Shown: piece by piece, positions 1-13,500 of the stretch
How the letters are laid out: each line of letters begins with the position of its first letter
Numbering within the stretch: the stretch's first letter is position 1
NCBI GenBank assembly: GCA_903813345.2
Contig: CAIIXF020000001.1
Location: forward strand, 7,626,001 to 7,690,000
Direction of reading: 5' to 3'
Length of the DNA stretch: 64,000 nt
Origin: Owenia fusiformis
Lineage: Eukaryota
The notes under the pieces: model-generated
What the model was told of the DNA's origin: nothing
Seen by the model: the letters and a program-made list of their open reading frames with translations, nothing else
The model's database searches: none
Made by a program: the position numbers and the translations under genes

Positions 1-1072
1 CAGAGATCTCAAAAATATTTTGGGGGATTTAGCATTAGAGCTGCTTAGGCCATGATCATGTGGTTTCAAGATAGAGCTAAGATGACACCTACACCACCCA
101 TGAGATGTTCAATGCAATGTTCTAAAATATCCTAAAGCCATGTTCCAGACACATTTAAAGAACTTGTTTACTTGAAAATTGCTTCAGAATTTGTTAATTT
201 GTGTCTGACAACTTGGTCTAACTATATCTGAGACCTCCTCAAAGAGGTGCAAATAGTCTCAATATTATATTTGGATGGAGTGTTTCATTACTGAAACTAA
301 ACAAAAAAATGCTCTAGAGTAGGAGAAATGGTGGGTGGGAATGACGAGCCATCTGACGGTTTTCCAAATAATGGGAATAAGAAGCATGTGTTATTATTTA
401 TTTCTAGTATACCATTCGATAGGTGTGATATTCATAACATCATCTAATGTAGGCTTAAGCCGGCTTGTTGCACGTGTAGCACCACCAAGTTTGGAAGTTT
501 AAATTTGCCTAACAAGTACAACACGTTATTAAGAGAGAGATTCGATTCCAAACTCTTCTCTAATAATCTGAAAATAATATTAAAAAAATGGTAAGAGCGT
601 TTCTAAAATTGTGTCCAAAATTGATGGACTGTTTCAAGGAAAACAAGCGATTTCTCGAGAACAAGTAATGGTTTTGGATTGGGATTTTAGCAAATGAGAA
701 TATACAAGTTTGTGATCTACTACTTTAACAGAAAGATTGACGTTTTCATATAAATACCAGTTTAATTCGTAATTTGTGGTCAATTCGTCAACTTCAGATT
801 AGTTCAATCTACACTACGGAGCTTTGATCAAGCAAATAACAATTTACCATCAGAAGTTGAATAAATAAGATCTTTGCTCAGGGTATTGTTCATCAAATGG
901 TACATAATTTGTCACCATAATGTATGATATGTTAAAGGAACGAGTGAAACAGTATTTACGGTCATATTGGGATCTTCATTAGCCGCCATTTTATTTCATT
1001 GATGAAACGCTCCGTTGTGCATGTAAGAGCGTTTGGGTTGGACAACGTGAATGATATGTTTATTGTTTAAGT

Positions 1073-1240
1073 AATATGGACTGAAGAGCAGGTATTATAT
1101 CAACAAATAAATACTGCAGGGCTAGGCACAAACGTTTTCTGTACCCGAAGTGTTGAAAGGAGTGAGGGGTTCAAAAGTTTTTGTGCCTTACCCTAAAGTA
1201 TTTATTATTCGATAAAATACCTGATCTGAGGTCTACATTA
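1073..1240. repeat. Long imperfect hairpin of a dispersed repeat; partial copy at about 28873-28946
   Basis: Left arm CAGGTATTATATC..AATAAATACT..AGGG.TAGGCACAAA pairs with TTTGTGCCTTACCCT..AGTATTTATT..GATAAAATACCTG. The left arm recurs in EXOC3 intron 11. Confidence 0.6.
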
Positions 1241-1421
1241 TGATTCGGACATGAAAACTCACAAAATTTTGCAAATTCGTCACTCCATTTTATTTCCGGT
1301 AGAAATATAGCACTGAACGAAACACTTAGTACAGATCAGGTATTGCATCTACTAATAAATACAGTTTATAGAAGGCGTGATTACAGTCATGTTCAAATTT
1401 TTGTTAAAAACATGTTTAAAA

Positions 1422-1632
1422 GATTCAAATAAGCTTCATTTACTGTGAGTTCTGGATTCCAAATAAGCTTCATTTACTGTGAATTCTGGATTCCAAATAA
1501 GCTTCATTTACTGTGAATTCTGGATTCCAAAAAAGCTTCATTTACTGTGAATTCTGGATTCCAAATAAGCTTCATTTACTGTGAATGCTGGATTCTAAAT
1601 AAGTTTCATTTACTGTGAATTCTGGATCCCCA
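1422..1632. repeat. 34-bp minisatellite, about 6 copies
   Basis: Unit TTCCAAATAAGCTTCATTTACTGTGAATTCTGGA repeated head-to-tail with no spacers. Confidence 0.93.
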
Positions 1633-2082
1633 AAAAATTTAGCATTTTCATTTTCTCTATGTTTTGAAGACACAGATATCCCATTTCATGAAGCAAAAAT
1701 ATAGTCAGGAACCATAGCCAGGAAGAAGAAAGCGAGGAGGCAAAAAATATTTCCAAATCAGTTAAAAAAGTAATGAGTGATGAAATTGTGCACAATTGAA
1801 TAAAAAATTGATGATTTGAATTAATTTACAACTCATCATTGATAAAGGAATATTTCAAAAAGGATGATAAAAAGTGATGAGGCAGGCGCTAGAGATAATT
1901 GAAAAACATGAACATAAACATGAATGAAATCCACATCATTTTTTTCATTACTTTTTTTTGGACTAAGAATAAGAGTTAGTTTGAGAATGAGAGTGACTTT
2001 TATAAATGTAATAAATGCAAATAAACTTTAACTAGATTGGTAAATTGAACAAAGTTCAATTTAAGACTCCAGATTGATTTAC

Positions 2083-2920
2083 TTGAGTAGGTAGCTGAGT
2101 AAGTAACTGAGTAGCAAGCTGAATAAGTAGATGATTAAGTAATTGAGTAAATAGCTGAGTAAGCAGCTGAGTAGGTAGCTGAGTAAGTAGCTGAGTAGTT
2201 AGCTGAGTAGGTAGCTGAGTAAGTAGCTGAGTAAGTAGCTGAGTAGGTAGCTGAGTAAGTAACTGAGTAGCAAGCTGAGTACTGTAGATTGGGTTAATTT
2301 GGCGCTACTTAATTTGGCATTTTTGGCATATTGGCGGCTATTTAATTTGGCGGATATGCAAAAAATGTTAATGCAATGTTAAACTTACGAATAACCATGT
2401 AAATGGGCATGTTTAGCTATGTTCATTTTTTCTTTTGAGGACCACTGGCGATATTCACCATGTTTGTACATTTTTGTGAGATCATCCTTTACATTTTGCA
2501 CCTCGATCGATGCTGCTACTATTCGCGCTATTCCTTTCTAGTTTTTCCCTGAGTATTAATGAGTGACTGACCAGTTCTGAGCCAATTTATGAGAGATATT
2601 TTTTCGTATTTTTGGAAAAAACTAAACCGGAAGTGACCTAAATACACTGGATGAAATACCCTAGATAATTCCCAGGGATTCATTCTAAATTTTGGCGAAT
2701 TTTTCAATTTCGCCAAATTCGCCAAATTAAAGCGGGCGCCAAATTAACCCAATCTACAGTAAGTAGATGATTAAGTAATTGAGTAAGTAGCTGAGTAAGT
2801 AGCTGAGTAAGCAGCTGAGTAGGTAGCTGAGTAAGTAGCTGAGTAGTTAGCTGAGTAGGTAGCTGAGAAGTAGGTAGCTAAGTAGGTAGCCGAGTAGGTA
2901 TGTAGGTAGGTAGGTAAGTA
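2083..2920. repeat. 12-bp satellite (GTAGCTGAGTAR)n interrupted by a MITE
   Basis: Arrays at about 2083-2280 and 2761-2920, decaying into (TAGG)n. Confidence 0.9.
2282..2759. mobile_element. MITE with 24-bp TIRs and TA target duplication (Tc1/mariner-type target)
   Basis: TA|CTGTAGATTGGGTTAATTTGGCGC ... GCGCCAAATTAACCCAATCTACAG|TA. An uninterrupted equivalent site is visible at about 2114-2140. Confidence 0.88.
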
Positions 2921-4525
2921 GGAATTTTTGACCGAAAGTCAAATTGAAATTTGGTTTGCAGATTCAGATTCCTGAGTAAATTCTATGCTCGTCCTTTTTG
3001 TGTTGACCTACTTTCCGGACGCCATTCCTCAAAATCAGTAAGAGTAATCAAAAAAAGACAGGACATTAATAAAAGGGCTGTTCCTAAGCTACGTGATGTA
3101 AAAAAGATAAAGGAATAATGACGAATAGTGACCCAGATAATTGACAGAATGTTAGAAATGTAAGATTTAACCCAGTTCTTGACCTTGGCTTTTCAGTGTC
3201 CAAATTTTATATTAAAGGAGCTTCGGAGGTCCTCGTCTGTTGTAGGCTTTCATTTATTTTATTTGTATCTAGTCTTTATCTCGTATATTTACAATTCATA
3301 ATTTTCTTGAGCTCCATAGATTTAACAGAGCGATATCATCATATCGATTTTTTTTCAAACTTCGAAACATCATAACTTCCGAACCGGAAATCAAATCGAA
3401 ATTTTGTTTGCAGATTTAGATTCCTGGGAAAAATTCTACCCTTATTTCACAACTCATACATTAAATTTGGAGATTTTTTTATTTTGACCCACTTTTAGGA
3501 CGCCAAATCTCAAAAATGGGTCAAAATACTTTCTGACGGCAAAAGGCTATCACTATTAGCACACTCTTTTCTACCTGTTAACAAAATTTTGAAGCAAATC
3601 CTAAAAGTATAGTGCCAGAATCGCAAAAATAAGGAAAAACTATGAATTTGACCTAGATTTTGACCTAGGCATTTTAGTGTCCAAATATTGAAATTAGGTA
3701 GCTTTTGAGGTCCCCTTCTTTTATAGGAATTCATTATCTTAAGCTGTACTCAGTCTATATCTCGTATTTTACACTTCAAAAAAACCTTTTTTCCTTGACT
3801 TTCTATCAGGATACCATCAGATTGATTTTTCTCGAAATTTCAAAACGCCATAACTTCCGAACGATAAGTCAGATCGAAATTTGGTTTGCAGATTCGGATT
3901 CCTGAGAAAATTCTACCCTTATTTCATAGCTCATATATTAAATTTGGAGAACTTTTTTAGTTTAAAAAACTTTCCGGACGCGATATCTCAAAATCACTAA
4001 GAGTAATCAAAAAACGGATTGCACACGCTCAATTTGTTTTTTTCTAAGCTACATGTTGAAAAAAAGATGAAGGAGTAACGACAGACAACAACGTAGATAA
4101 TTGACAGAATGTTGATTTGACCTAAATTTGACCTAGTTCTTGACCTTTGACCTAGATAAAAATTTGACCTAATTTTCCATCATCCCAGATACATTCCCTA
4201 GTTGATTATGTAAGCAGCTTAAAGTAAGCTCTTCTAGTTGGTGAGAAATCTTGCAAGGAGGAAGATTCTGAAAGAATAATAATAAGAAAACTGGCAAAAG
4301 CAATAGACTCCAGATTTTCAATCTGGAGTCTAATAAAAAACACTCTGGATGACTGATAAATTAACCTTGTTTAACACTAGCGTTGAGAAGGAAAAATAAC
4401 ATATTTGCAGAAAATAAGTAAAGTCCCAGTAAAAATGATGATTGGAGATGATATGCCATTTAACTCAGATCATTTCATATTTCCAGAAAGGACCAGAGAG
4501 CAATAAGGACTAGTACAAAAGCAGT

Positions 4526-7500
4526 ATGAATGTGTCAACTGCTGCAGATCTGGATCGTATGGAGGTGAATGCTAAAGTCCAGGCAGCTCGGCATGTGGCT
4601 AAAATGTTGCAGGTATAGACTACTAGACTACTGTTACATGACTGAGAATTATGAAAAGGACGATTCTCGGTTTGGAGAACGAAGTTCATCAATCTAAATG
4701 AGCATTATCCCTGCTTCGGACAAATTTGATTTTTTTACATAATATAGATTTGAATGTCTTCTTTTGAATAGTCATAATTTAATTTGGGTAATATCTCTAG
4801 ATTTTTCGCAAAAAAACATTAGCGCAGTACACTGATGAACTTCTTTCCCCAAATCGAGACTTGTATTTTATTGAATCGGTCTAATTGAGCGTTATACTGC
4901 TATTTCAATAACGCCGTCCAAGTATTGCAAAAACGTAATGAAAAATCCATGGACCCGGAAATAAAAAGTGATTGCGTTTTGTGGACGCAGTGCAAGCCAT
5001 ACTCATACAATCAACTTTGGATGAATGATTTGATAAAGATCTTACCTTCAGTCTCTTTATTTCGTCAGAATCCAATAAATAATTGAAGAAAATTCTATTT
5101 CTAAAAGAAATAAAATTTTCTTTCGAAATTTCCTTCCCGGAAGTTGATTTCTGATCGAAATAGTACGAGGCATGTGATAGGACAAAAATTTATACAATAC
5201 TCGATTTCCGAGCAGTAATCAGTATGAGTCCTACGATTGGCCGGTAGCTTAAGACCTGATTCAAACCATTTTCAATTGGTCAAGTGTGATCACGTGATCA
5301 TTATTTGAGACTGCATATGCGCAAGAAACTGAACTAAAAAGTTGAACCTCGCGCAGATTGCCCCTAAACTAAACATGCTAAAGCAAAATCAATAGCAAAT
5401 TGTTTCGAAATTCGCAAGGAAAAGGTGTTTTAAATGGGAGAATATAAGTTATGATGGTATCTGTATCATTCAATGACATACTAGACTTGCAAGAACGCTG
5501 ATTCAGACCGATAAATAGCAAAAGCAGTGGTACAAAATTTCATCAATTTATTTCATCCAGTGTAAAAACGTGACTTTTGAATTCCCGGGAACATTTTTTC
5601 AAGGGACGCAGTTTTTTGAAGGGAGACGCATTTTTTGAAAATCATTACGTCCAAGGGACGCAATTTTGGACAAGCCTACTGAAAACACTGGTTATACCTG
5701 CTTCAGACCAATTTGTTCTTTTTACATCTTGTAGAGATAAATGTCCTCTTTTGAATATTCATAGTTTAATTTGGGTAATATTTTTATATTTTTCATGAAA
5801 AAATTATTAGCCCATGAGACTGTTTTCCAAACCGAGAATCGTCCTTTATGATTAGATTAGAATTCAGTTTTTGATTCCTTGATTTTTTTTGACATTATTA
5901 GAGGTCACATTGTTGACAATATTTTTTTTTATTTTGCAAACATATTAAATGTATCATTGGTCAAAGTCAAATCAAAGTTTTGTTTAAGTTTGACATTACA
6001 CTTTAATATTTTTGCCTGGATTTTTGCATACAGTTCAGGATATTAGTATTTCATTAATGTAAGACTTTTGCTTCAGTTCAGTTCAAATTGATTTTTGGAT
6101 TCAAATTTAGGTCAGCTTAATATACCAAGACGCGATAATGTTTAATTTAGTTCAGTTTAGTTACCTCCCGTTTGAAGATTTCTCATGTATGATACAACTT
6201 GGTCTTCATCCGGGTTGTTTCCCATTGGATTACACGTGACAGGGGTGCTATTTTCATTGCCACACTGAGTTTCATTCGCACAAACGATAGGTATGTATGT
6301 AATTAAGGTATAACAAGGCTTTTTGAACTATAATCCCCAAATCCGAAGAAATCTGTAGTTGAAAATGCCGTCCAATTCCAGTGACGTCACTGATTTCCCA
6401 GAAATTGCTCAGACGCCATCAAAGATCGAAAAAATATAAATAATGTAACTTTGAATCTCCGATTATCTTTCTGATTATTGAATAGATTGGATCATATAAC
6501 TATGCTTGGAGGCTGATGGAAGATCAGAAGCTAAGAAACGTTGTTTTTTTAAATTTTTATATTTCCTTTATTTCATAGTACATCACGTTCAGAGAAACGT
6601 TCAGAGTAATCGACTCCTTCAGCAAGCCAATGAAAATTTGTCCCTTCCAAAGCGATGCATCATGGGAGATATTTATGTAAATTACCACCTGAACTCTTAT
6701 CGCGAATAGGAGTATTACAAATGACCTACTGAGATCTGAAAAAGTAAATTTTTCAAGATCAAAGGACAAGGTCATCAAAGTAAGTCACAAACTGTGCTAT
6801 CCAAGTTTCTCAAGACTTAGTCAATATATATTTGGCTTCAAGTTTATATACAGATAGATGTAAGCATACTATTGGTGATAGATATTTGCTGTCTAGAGAA
6901 ATTTTTTCCCAGATTTTGAGATATTGAAGGTCAAAAAAAGAACTTTTTTCAACTTTTTTGAAAAAAAAACCATCTACAAAGTCTCAGGAATTCATAAATG
7001 ACCTTAGATGTCCAAAATTTGAATTTTGATCAAATCTTTTTTTAACATGCTTGAAACGTTTTAAGCTGTCAAACACACCTACAGACGCCTCCGTAAGATT
7101 GCTTGCAATCATAATGTCTCATTTTTTATTTCCTGAACATTCTGTAATTAACCTTAACGATAATTAAAAACGTTTTCTACCCTCAGGGAAGAATTCTCGC
7201 TGTGCATCAATTAACACTTGTTTCATATTGGTTTTTGAGAAATCTAAAATTATCAAATAGGTAATTGTATTTTTGAGCAAAGAATTGGCTGAGTATTTCT
7301 TACAACAGGCTATATAAATTGAAATCATAAATTAACAGTTGAAAATTCCGTAAAAACAACAGGCGATTTTGTTAAAACAACAGGTGAACTGATTTTCACC
7401 TGTTGCTTGCTGCTAATGAAACCCTTGCTATTGTTTTTATGTCCTGAAGTTTATAACTAGATATATATACATATATTCCGTGTTTTTCATCCTGACCCCC

Positions 7501-10500
7501 AGGGGCCATGTACAGGAAAACAGAAATTTTCGCTAATTTTTAGATCTTTCTGAAGTATAGCTTTATTATACTCAAATGAAAGGCAATTAAGAGTAGATTG
7601 CAAATATTGTATCTTTTTTCTGATTCGAGCCTCGTAAAATTCAAAATGGCCGTCTAATGTACGATTTCGCAATAATTTTTTGAACCCTTCAAAGTATGGC
7701 TATATTATACTCAAATTGAAGGAATTTTGGAGTAGATCACAATTATGGTATTATTTTTCAGATTTGTACCTCAAAAAATTCAAAATGGCTGCTTTGCAGG
7801 AATTCGCAATTCTAAAATCTAATTTTTTCATTTTCAACCAAAGTAATGAGTATAATTGATTGGAATTCGGTAATTGATATTTTGTTCGTTGGGATTTGCT
7901 ACTCCGCGGAGTTGCCGTTATCTAGTTGGAGTTATTTGGAGCTCTCTTTGGTAGCCTCAGGTGATGCAAATTCTATTTTTACAATTTTTACTAAACTGAA
8001 ACATTCAACTAAAATATTGATACTCATTCAAGTGGGTACAAATGGAGTTTCAAGTGGGTGCTTGTTTTCAGTATCTCAAGTGGGTGTAGACATCCTACTC
8101 CTTGCCTCAGTATGCCGAGGTCACCCTATTGATCCCGATCTTTTTTCGTAGATTTATCCTGATTTATATCGAGCTTAATGTGACGTCAATTCTGATTGTC
8201 TCCTAATAGAGATTTGCTGATAAAGTTTTGATGCTTTTTGATGTCAATAGAAAAATCCATCATAGCTGACATAGAGATAATGAAAAAGTATTGGGAGGTT
8301 AAGTAGAGAAGATAAACTTAACAAACAATAATGATTAGTTCTTTGACAAGAAATAAAATACCGGGATGCTACATTTAAATGTGCATTGTTCTTGTTTTCA
8401 AGTTTTTCTCACAAAAAAACAAATAAACTTATGAAAGAAAGATTTAATAATGAAAATAAAAAATAAAGCTGTTGATTGAAAAAGGATGTTGTGTATAAAG
8501 ATAGGGCTCAATAATGGAAGATTATGATATTGATTCTTAGTACATTTTTTCATGGCAAGGTTACTTGCAGGATTGGAAACCTGAAAAAAAGGTGACAATT
8601 TTAGGAAACAGTAAACATGGGTCTGTTTTACACATGTGACTCGTGTACTGTTCTTCTGCCTTTGACTCTCTCCATTTTTTGAACCACCCTCGCTGTATAT
8701 ATTTCACTAATAAAATGAAAACAGGAAAAATTATAAGCTGGGCTTTTTATCCGTAGTCTAAATGTGAAGTCATGAAAAATAGGACACAAATTAAGTCGAA
8801 TATTCCAATTTATCTGTTTCAGAGACCTGACCAGCTGGAGAAAGTGGACCAATATAGACGTAGGGTAGTCAGAAAGAAGGTATTGTTGTCTGATATTGGC
8901 ATAATAATTTATTCAAGACTGGGGAAGCCTTTTTATTAGTTATACAAGTTAATAAAATAAAGTTACTAATACTGCGTTTATTTATTTTGTGCCTCCTTTC
9001 TGTTATTTACATTTTTTATATAAAATATAACGTATATGTTTACTCAGTGGGGGATGTTTTTGGATGTAAACAATAATACAGATATCAAAACATAAGTTCT
9101 ATACCATTACATGTATATTAAAAGTACATCTGAGGAGCCTTTGCCTTTAATGTCATCGACCAATACTAATATCTGTGATAAGATTGATTTTTGAGATGAA
9201 AGTTCCTGGCCTTTGTAGTCCATGTTTCATTCAGAGTATGAGCTGCATGTTATCCACGCCTAACCATCGACAAGGTACAGTGACAAAATATACCGTTGTA
9301 CACTTTAGAAGTACTGTGTCACTATTAACTGATTTAAAGCAAAAAATATGATGCAGATTAGATGTAGGTTTTCAAAAATTAATTTTGGGAATACTTGAAA
9401 GATTTCATTTTTAATTTTGTGTTTGGGAGATGTTTTTGGATGTAAACAATAATACAGATATCAAAACATAAGTTCTATACCATTACATTTCGGTTCGAAA
9501 ATGTTGGGTTTTTCGTGTTTTTTTCACATTTCCTTTGATCATTTTTTCCCCTGTTGCCTAAGAGTGCCGATTATCTTTATGAGAATATGTTTCTCTAAAC
9601 TACACAATTTAGGACGTGTGGAGATTAATAAATATTCAAGTATTTATTGTAATTTAAAAGAATCAGAAATGTGCGTTGTCAACTCTAATGTACGTTGTCC
9701 CTATAATTGAAATTCATGAGATATATGTAATATTAAACAATGTTATGATTTCATTTCAAAATTCATTAAGGTTTTTATGAGTAACAAATTAGTGATCTTT
9801 GATGTTCAAGTATCCTTTTTGCTTTTTCATTTTATAAACGAATGGTTGTGGTGGTGCTTAATTTGTGCCCATTTGGTGTCAAAGCTTCCAGCCCAAACTC
9901 CCATCCAGTTGCTGGAATTACACATGGCGTTTAACAAAAGCTTCTTCGGTTTTAACCAGGTTTAACCGTTAAGGGACCAAATACGACTTTCTACAACTTT
10001 TTACGACTTTTGAATCTCCAGCCTCTAACTTTGTGTTCCCCCTATACTTTCAGATTTTGTTTTTCGTTCATTGTAGTTTGCGCATGCGTAGTAGGAATTT
10101 TCAGAAAAATAAAAATAATATCGAAATTTTGACTTTGTTTATCGTTTTTGAGGTGTATTTTAATTGAAACATAAACAAATATGAATGTATAGACATGAAG
10201 ACATATCCCAAGAAGGGGATTACGTGATCGCCGGGTTACAATCCCGAGCAATAGCGAAGAGAACAGTGATGGTGCAGGATTTTCAGATTCACCATCATCG
10301 GACAGTGACACTGTAAGTGAACTTGACAGCGATGATTATTAATGGAATTTTATGCTGATTTTTGGAAATAAGTCTGTCCCTTAAGGAATAAGAATTAGGT
10401 GTAATCACGATTGTGGTTTTAAAAAAGCGCTTTTCTAAAACTCCAAGAACCCTTGTCACTAGTAAACGGCATAAGCCGTTAGGCGCTCTAAGTGTGCAGT

Positions 10501-13500
10501 GTAATACCGATTAGTTTTTGTAAGACGCCTTACCCGGGTTTTTACTAATTTTTCACATTTGCCCTAAACAAAATAAGACCTCATTTCCATTTGATACATG
10601 ATGAGACATCTGGTCACGGTGCTATCTCACGGGGTACCATCGAATAATTTTGGCAACGTACCGGAGAACGACATTTTACTAAGAAATGGCAATAATTTAG
10701 CACAATATATTTTTAACTAGAGTTCTACTTTGATTTTGACAAAAGTAAGTATTCCATGCAATGGCTATTTCATTCATGAGTTTGTAGGAATTCTGTTGGA
10801 ACCCAGTTCTGATCAGGTACGAAGTTATTGAAATCGGCGCAGTCGGACTTTACTCCGAAAGGTGGTTTTTCGATTATAACTTTTTACAATATTTAAGTAT
10901 AGACTTTTGAAAAAAGTACAGAATAGTCCTTATACTATTGAATAATTCTGTTATTTCTGATTCACACGACTCTGATTTGTTTAATTAAAAAAAAAGTTTT
11001 AAAAATATTACTTAGGAACGTAACCGGAGCTGGGAACGTAACCGGAGCAGATCAGTTGAATTATATAATTTAAAAAAATAAAATATATGATTTAAAGCAT
11101 ATATATTATTTACAAACACATATGAATGTTAAAATGAGCATTTATTACCCTTCACTTACAGGAAAATCAATGCATGGCAATTAGTATAAATTTGAAATTA
11201 ATTAGAAATTAGTATAACAGAGTGGGTTCTAATAGTTCGCTGAACAAATACAATGGATGAAATCAAATGGATTTATTTGCTTACTACATTTAATCACTTC
11301 ATTCTCCATACAATGATTGTTCTATGTTTGATAGCCTTTCTAAGGTAAGTGCACTTATGCATGGTAAATACCAAATTCAATTTTTCACAATGGATAAATT
11401 TTTTTTTCTTTAAATAAAATGTAATAAATACGCATTCGAACAATCTCGTATGTTTTTAAATGTGCTTTAAATCATATATTTTAATTTTTGATTAAATAAT
11501 TCAACTGAGCTGCTCCGGTTACGTTCCCAGCTCCCAAAGTCCGTCTGCGCCGATTTCAATAACTTCGTACTTGATCAGAACTGGGTTCCAACAGAATTCC
11601 TACAAACTCATGAATACTTACTTTTGTCAAAATCAAAATAGAATTCTAGTTAAAAAATATATTGTTAGCTACATTGATAGATAGATAGATCTATACTAGC
11701 TTATTGAATATGACTTTTTAAAATCCTGTTTATGATATGTCTGGAAAGTGCAATTAATTTTGTAATTGTTATGTTTCAATTTTAAATGCATCTGATCCCC
11801 TGTCTGTTAGTGTTATGAAAAATACATTGCCTGCATTAGGGTTAACTGTGACATGAGTAAGTTCAATGGGACAACGTACATTTGAGTTGACAACGTACAC
11901 TTTTTATGATTTTTTAGTTATAGCCAAAACGTTAATACATGTACTTATTAAATCTTCAACAGATCTTGATTGTGCTGTTTAAAGAAACATATTCTCATTA
12001 AAATATTCGACACTCTTAGACAACAGGGGAGGAAATGATCAAAAGAAATGTGTAAAAAAAAACAATTTCCAACCGACCAATTATATGGGTAAATTGACTA
12101 CGAAAAAAATCGAGCACTGTTTGAAAATCTTTTAACGTTATTAGAAAGTTAAATGTCTTCCTAAATGAATACTTAAAAAATCAAACATGAAACCCTTAAT
12201 GTATTCCTCAGATTATTTTTTTTAAATCTACATCAAACCTACATCATTGTCTTTGCTTCAAATCGGTTAAATAGTGACACCGTACATCTACAGTGTACTA
12301 CGGTATATTTTGTCATTGTACCTTGTCAATGTTTAGGCGTGTTATCATAATCATGTATGCACATGCAAGAGACTTAAAGCAGTTAATTTCTGGATATTGC
12401 GTTTCTGGGCCACTGATAGGAAAACTGACACTCAGAATACAAGAATTTAAATATCTTAGGATGCCAAAATACAATGGCTGTTAAGCATACATGTTTTGAT
12501 GTATGTGAGATGTTTTGTCAATTAAATTTTGCTGGGCCTAAATCCCAGGTGTTGATTAAGAAATTGTGCAGCCTGATTCAGATATCTGTTTTAAACGTTC
12601 ATATAAGAAGATCACATAATGATTAATTAGCATTGTACTTTTAAATCAGCTACATAAGTGTCCTATTTATTGAATGTGATGCCATTTCTTGGATTGTTTT
12701 GAACCTAAAAGACATTAAATCTGGGATCAAGCTTACAATATCTGTTATTGTCGATCTTTTTTACCTAAAAGAGAAGACATTGAATCTGGGTTCAAGCTTG
12801 CAAAATCCATTTTATTGATCTTTTTATTTATAATTCTGTATCACTGTATTTCCTTTAATTGCTATTGCATTTGAATGATTACCCTACCTTCTGCCCTTGT
12901 TTATATTGACAATTGAGAAATGCATATATCATATATACTGACACTATCTACCAGGGGAAAATGTTTGACTGAGAATCATTGTGGATACCCTTTATTCACT
13001 TCATCTTTTTGTCATCACCTTAGTGATACCATAGCTGTAACATCAATGTAATGGCATCAATGATTAATGACATAATTATCACTGAAATTCCAATTTTTGT
13101 GAGTCACCTAGTCATTGTCACGTTTCCTGATTAGTACTACACTGAACAATAGATGGCATGAGCATGAAATGTTCGGAATGGAATCCACCTGAGGATATGT
13201 TGATATAGATAAGATATATAATATTTATATACGTGAGAGGAATATCGGGATGATATTCAGTTGAAATGCATATTATTCGCATATCTGTCCTGGTTCCAGA
13301 TGTGTGATTTATCTCTTTGCCGTTATATTGGGTTACCAAGGTACATTGTATGATAAAATGTATTAAACTAGTTAATTATTTTGATTTGATATCCAGTCAA
13401 TTTGTTCAATTTGAAATTTCTTGATTGTTTTACAAACTACCAGTTACCATTCAGTTTATTTTCCTGTCTTTTATTCCAATCATTACTAATGTACTCATAT

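Larger units (their letters stand above)
2031..4335 (-). mobile_element. Helentron-associated non-autonomous element (HINE-like) carrying a 12-bp satellite and three internal repeats
   Basis: Read on the minus strand it starts TTATTAGACTCCAGATTGAAAATCTGGAGTCTA (hairpin, 4304-4335). It ends with a sub-TIR copy CAATCTGGAGTC, the palindrome AAATTGAAC-nnn-GTTCAATTT and CTAGT (2031-2075). Internal repeats start near 2947, 3398 and 3877. This is the established HINE/DINE-1 architecture. Confidence 0.72.

Noticed and set aside
1-400. Possible coding remnant at the window start
   Set aside because: Stops in the frames examined and no recognisable motif.
960-1060. GCCGCCATTTT (YY1-like) as a candidate EXOC3 promoter or first exon
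   Set aside because: The motif also occurs in the repeats of this window, and there is no independent evidence for a start site.
1422-1632. 34-bp repeats resembling a CRISPR array
   Set aside because: No unique spacers, no cas genes, eukaryotic context.
10190-10345. Acidic Ser/Asp-rich reading inside family A as a transposase N-terminus
   Set aside because: Very short, frameshifted and low-complexity; no catalytic or zinc-binding motif.
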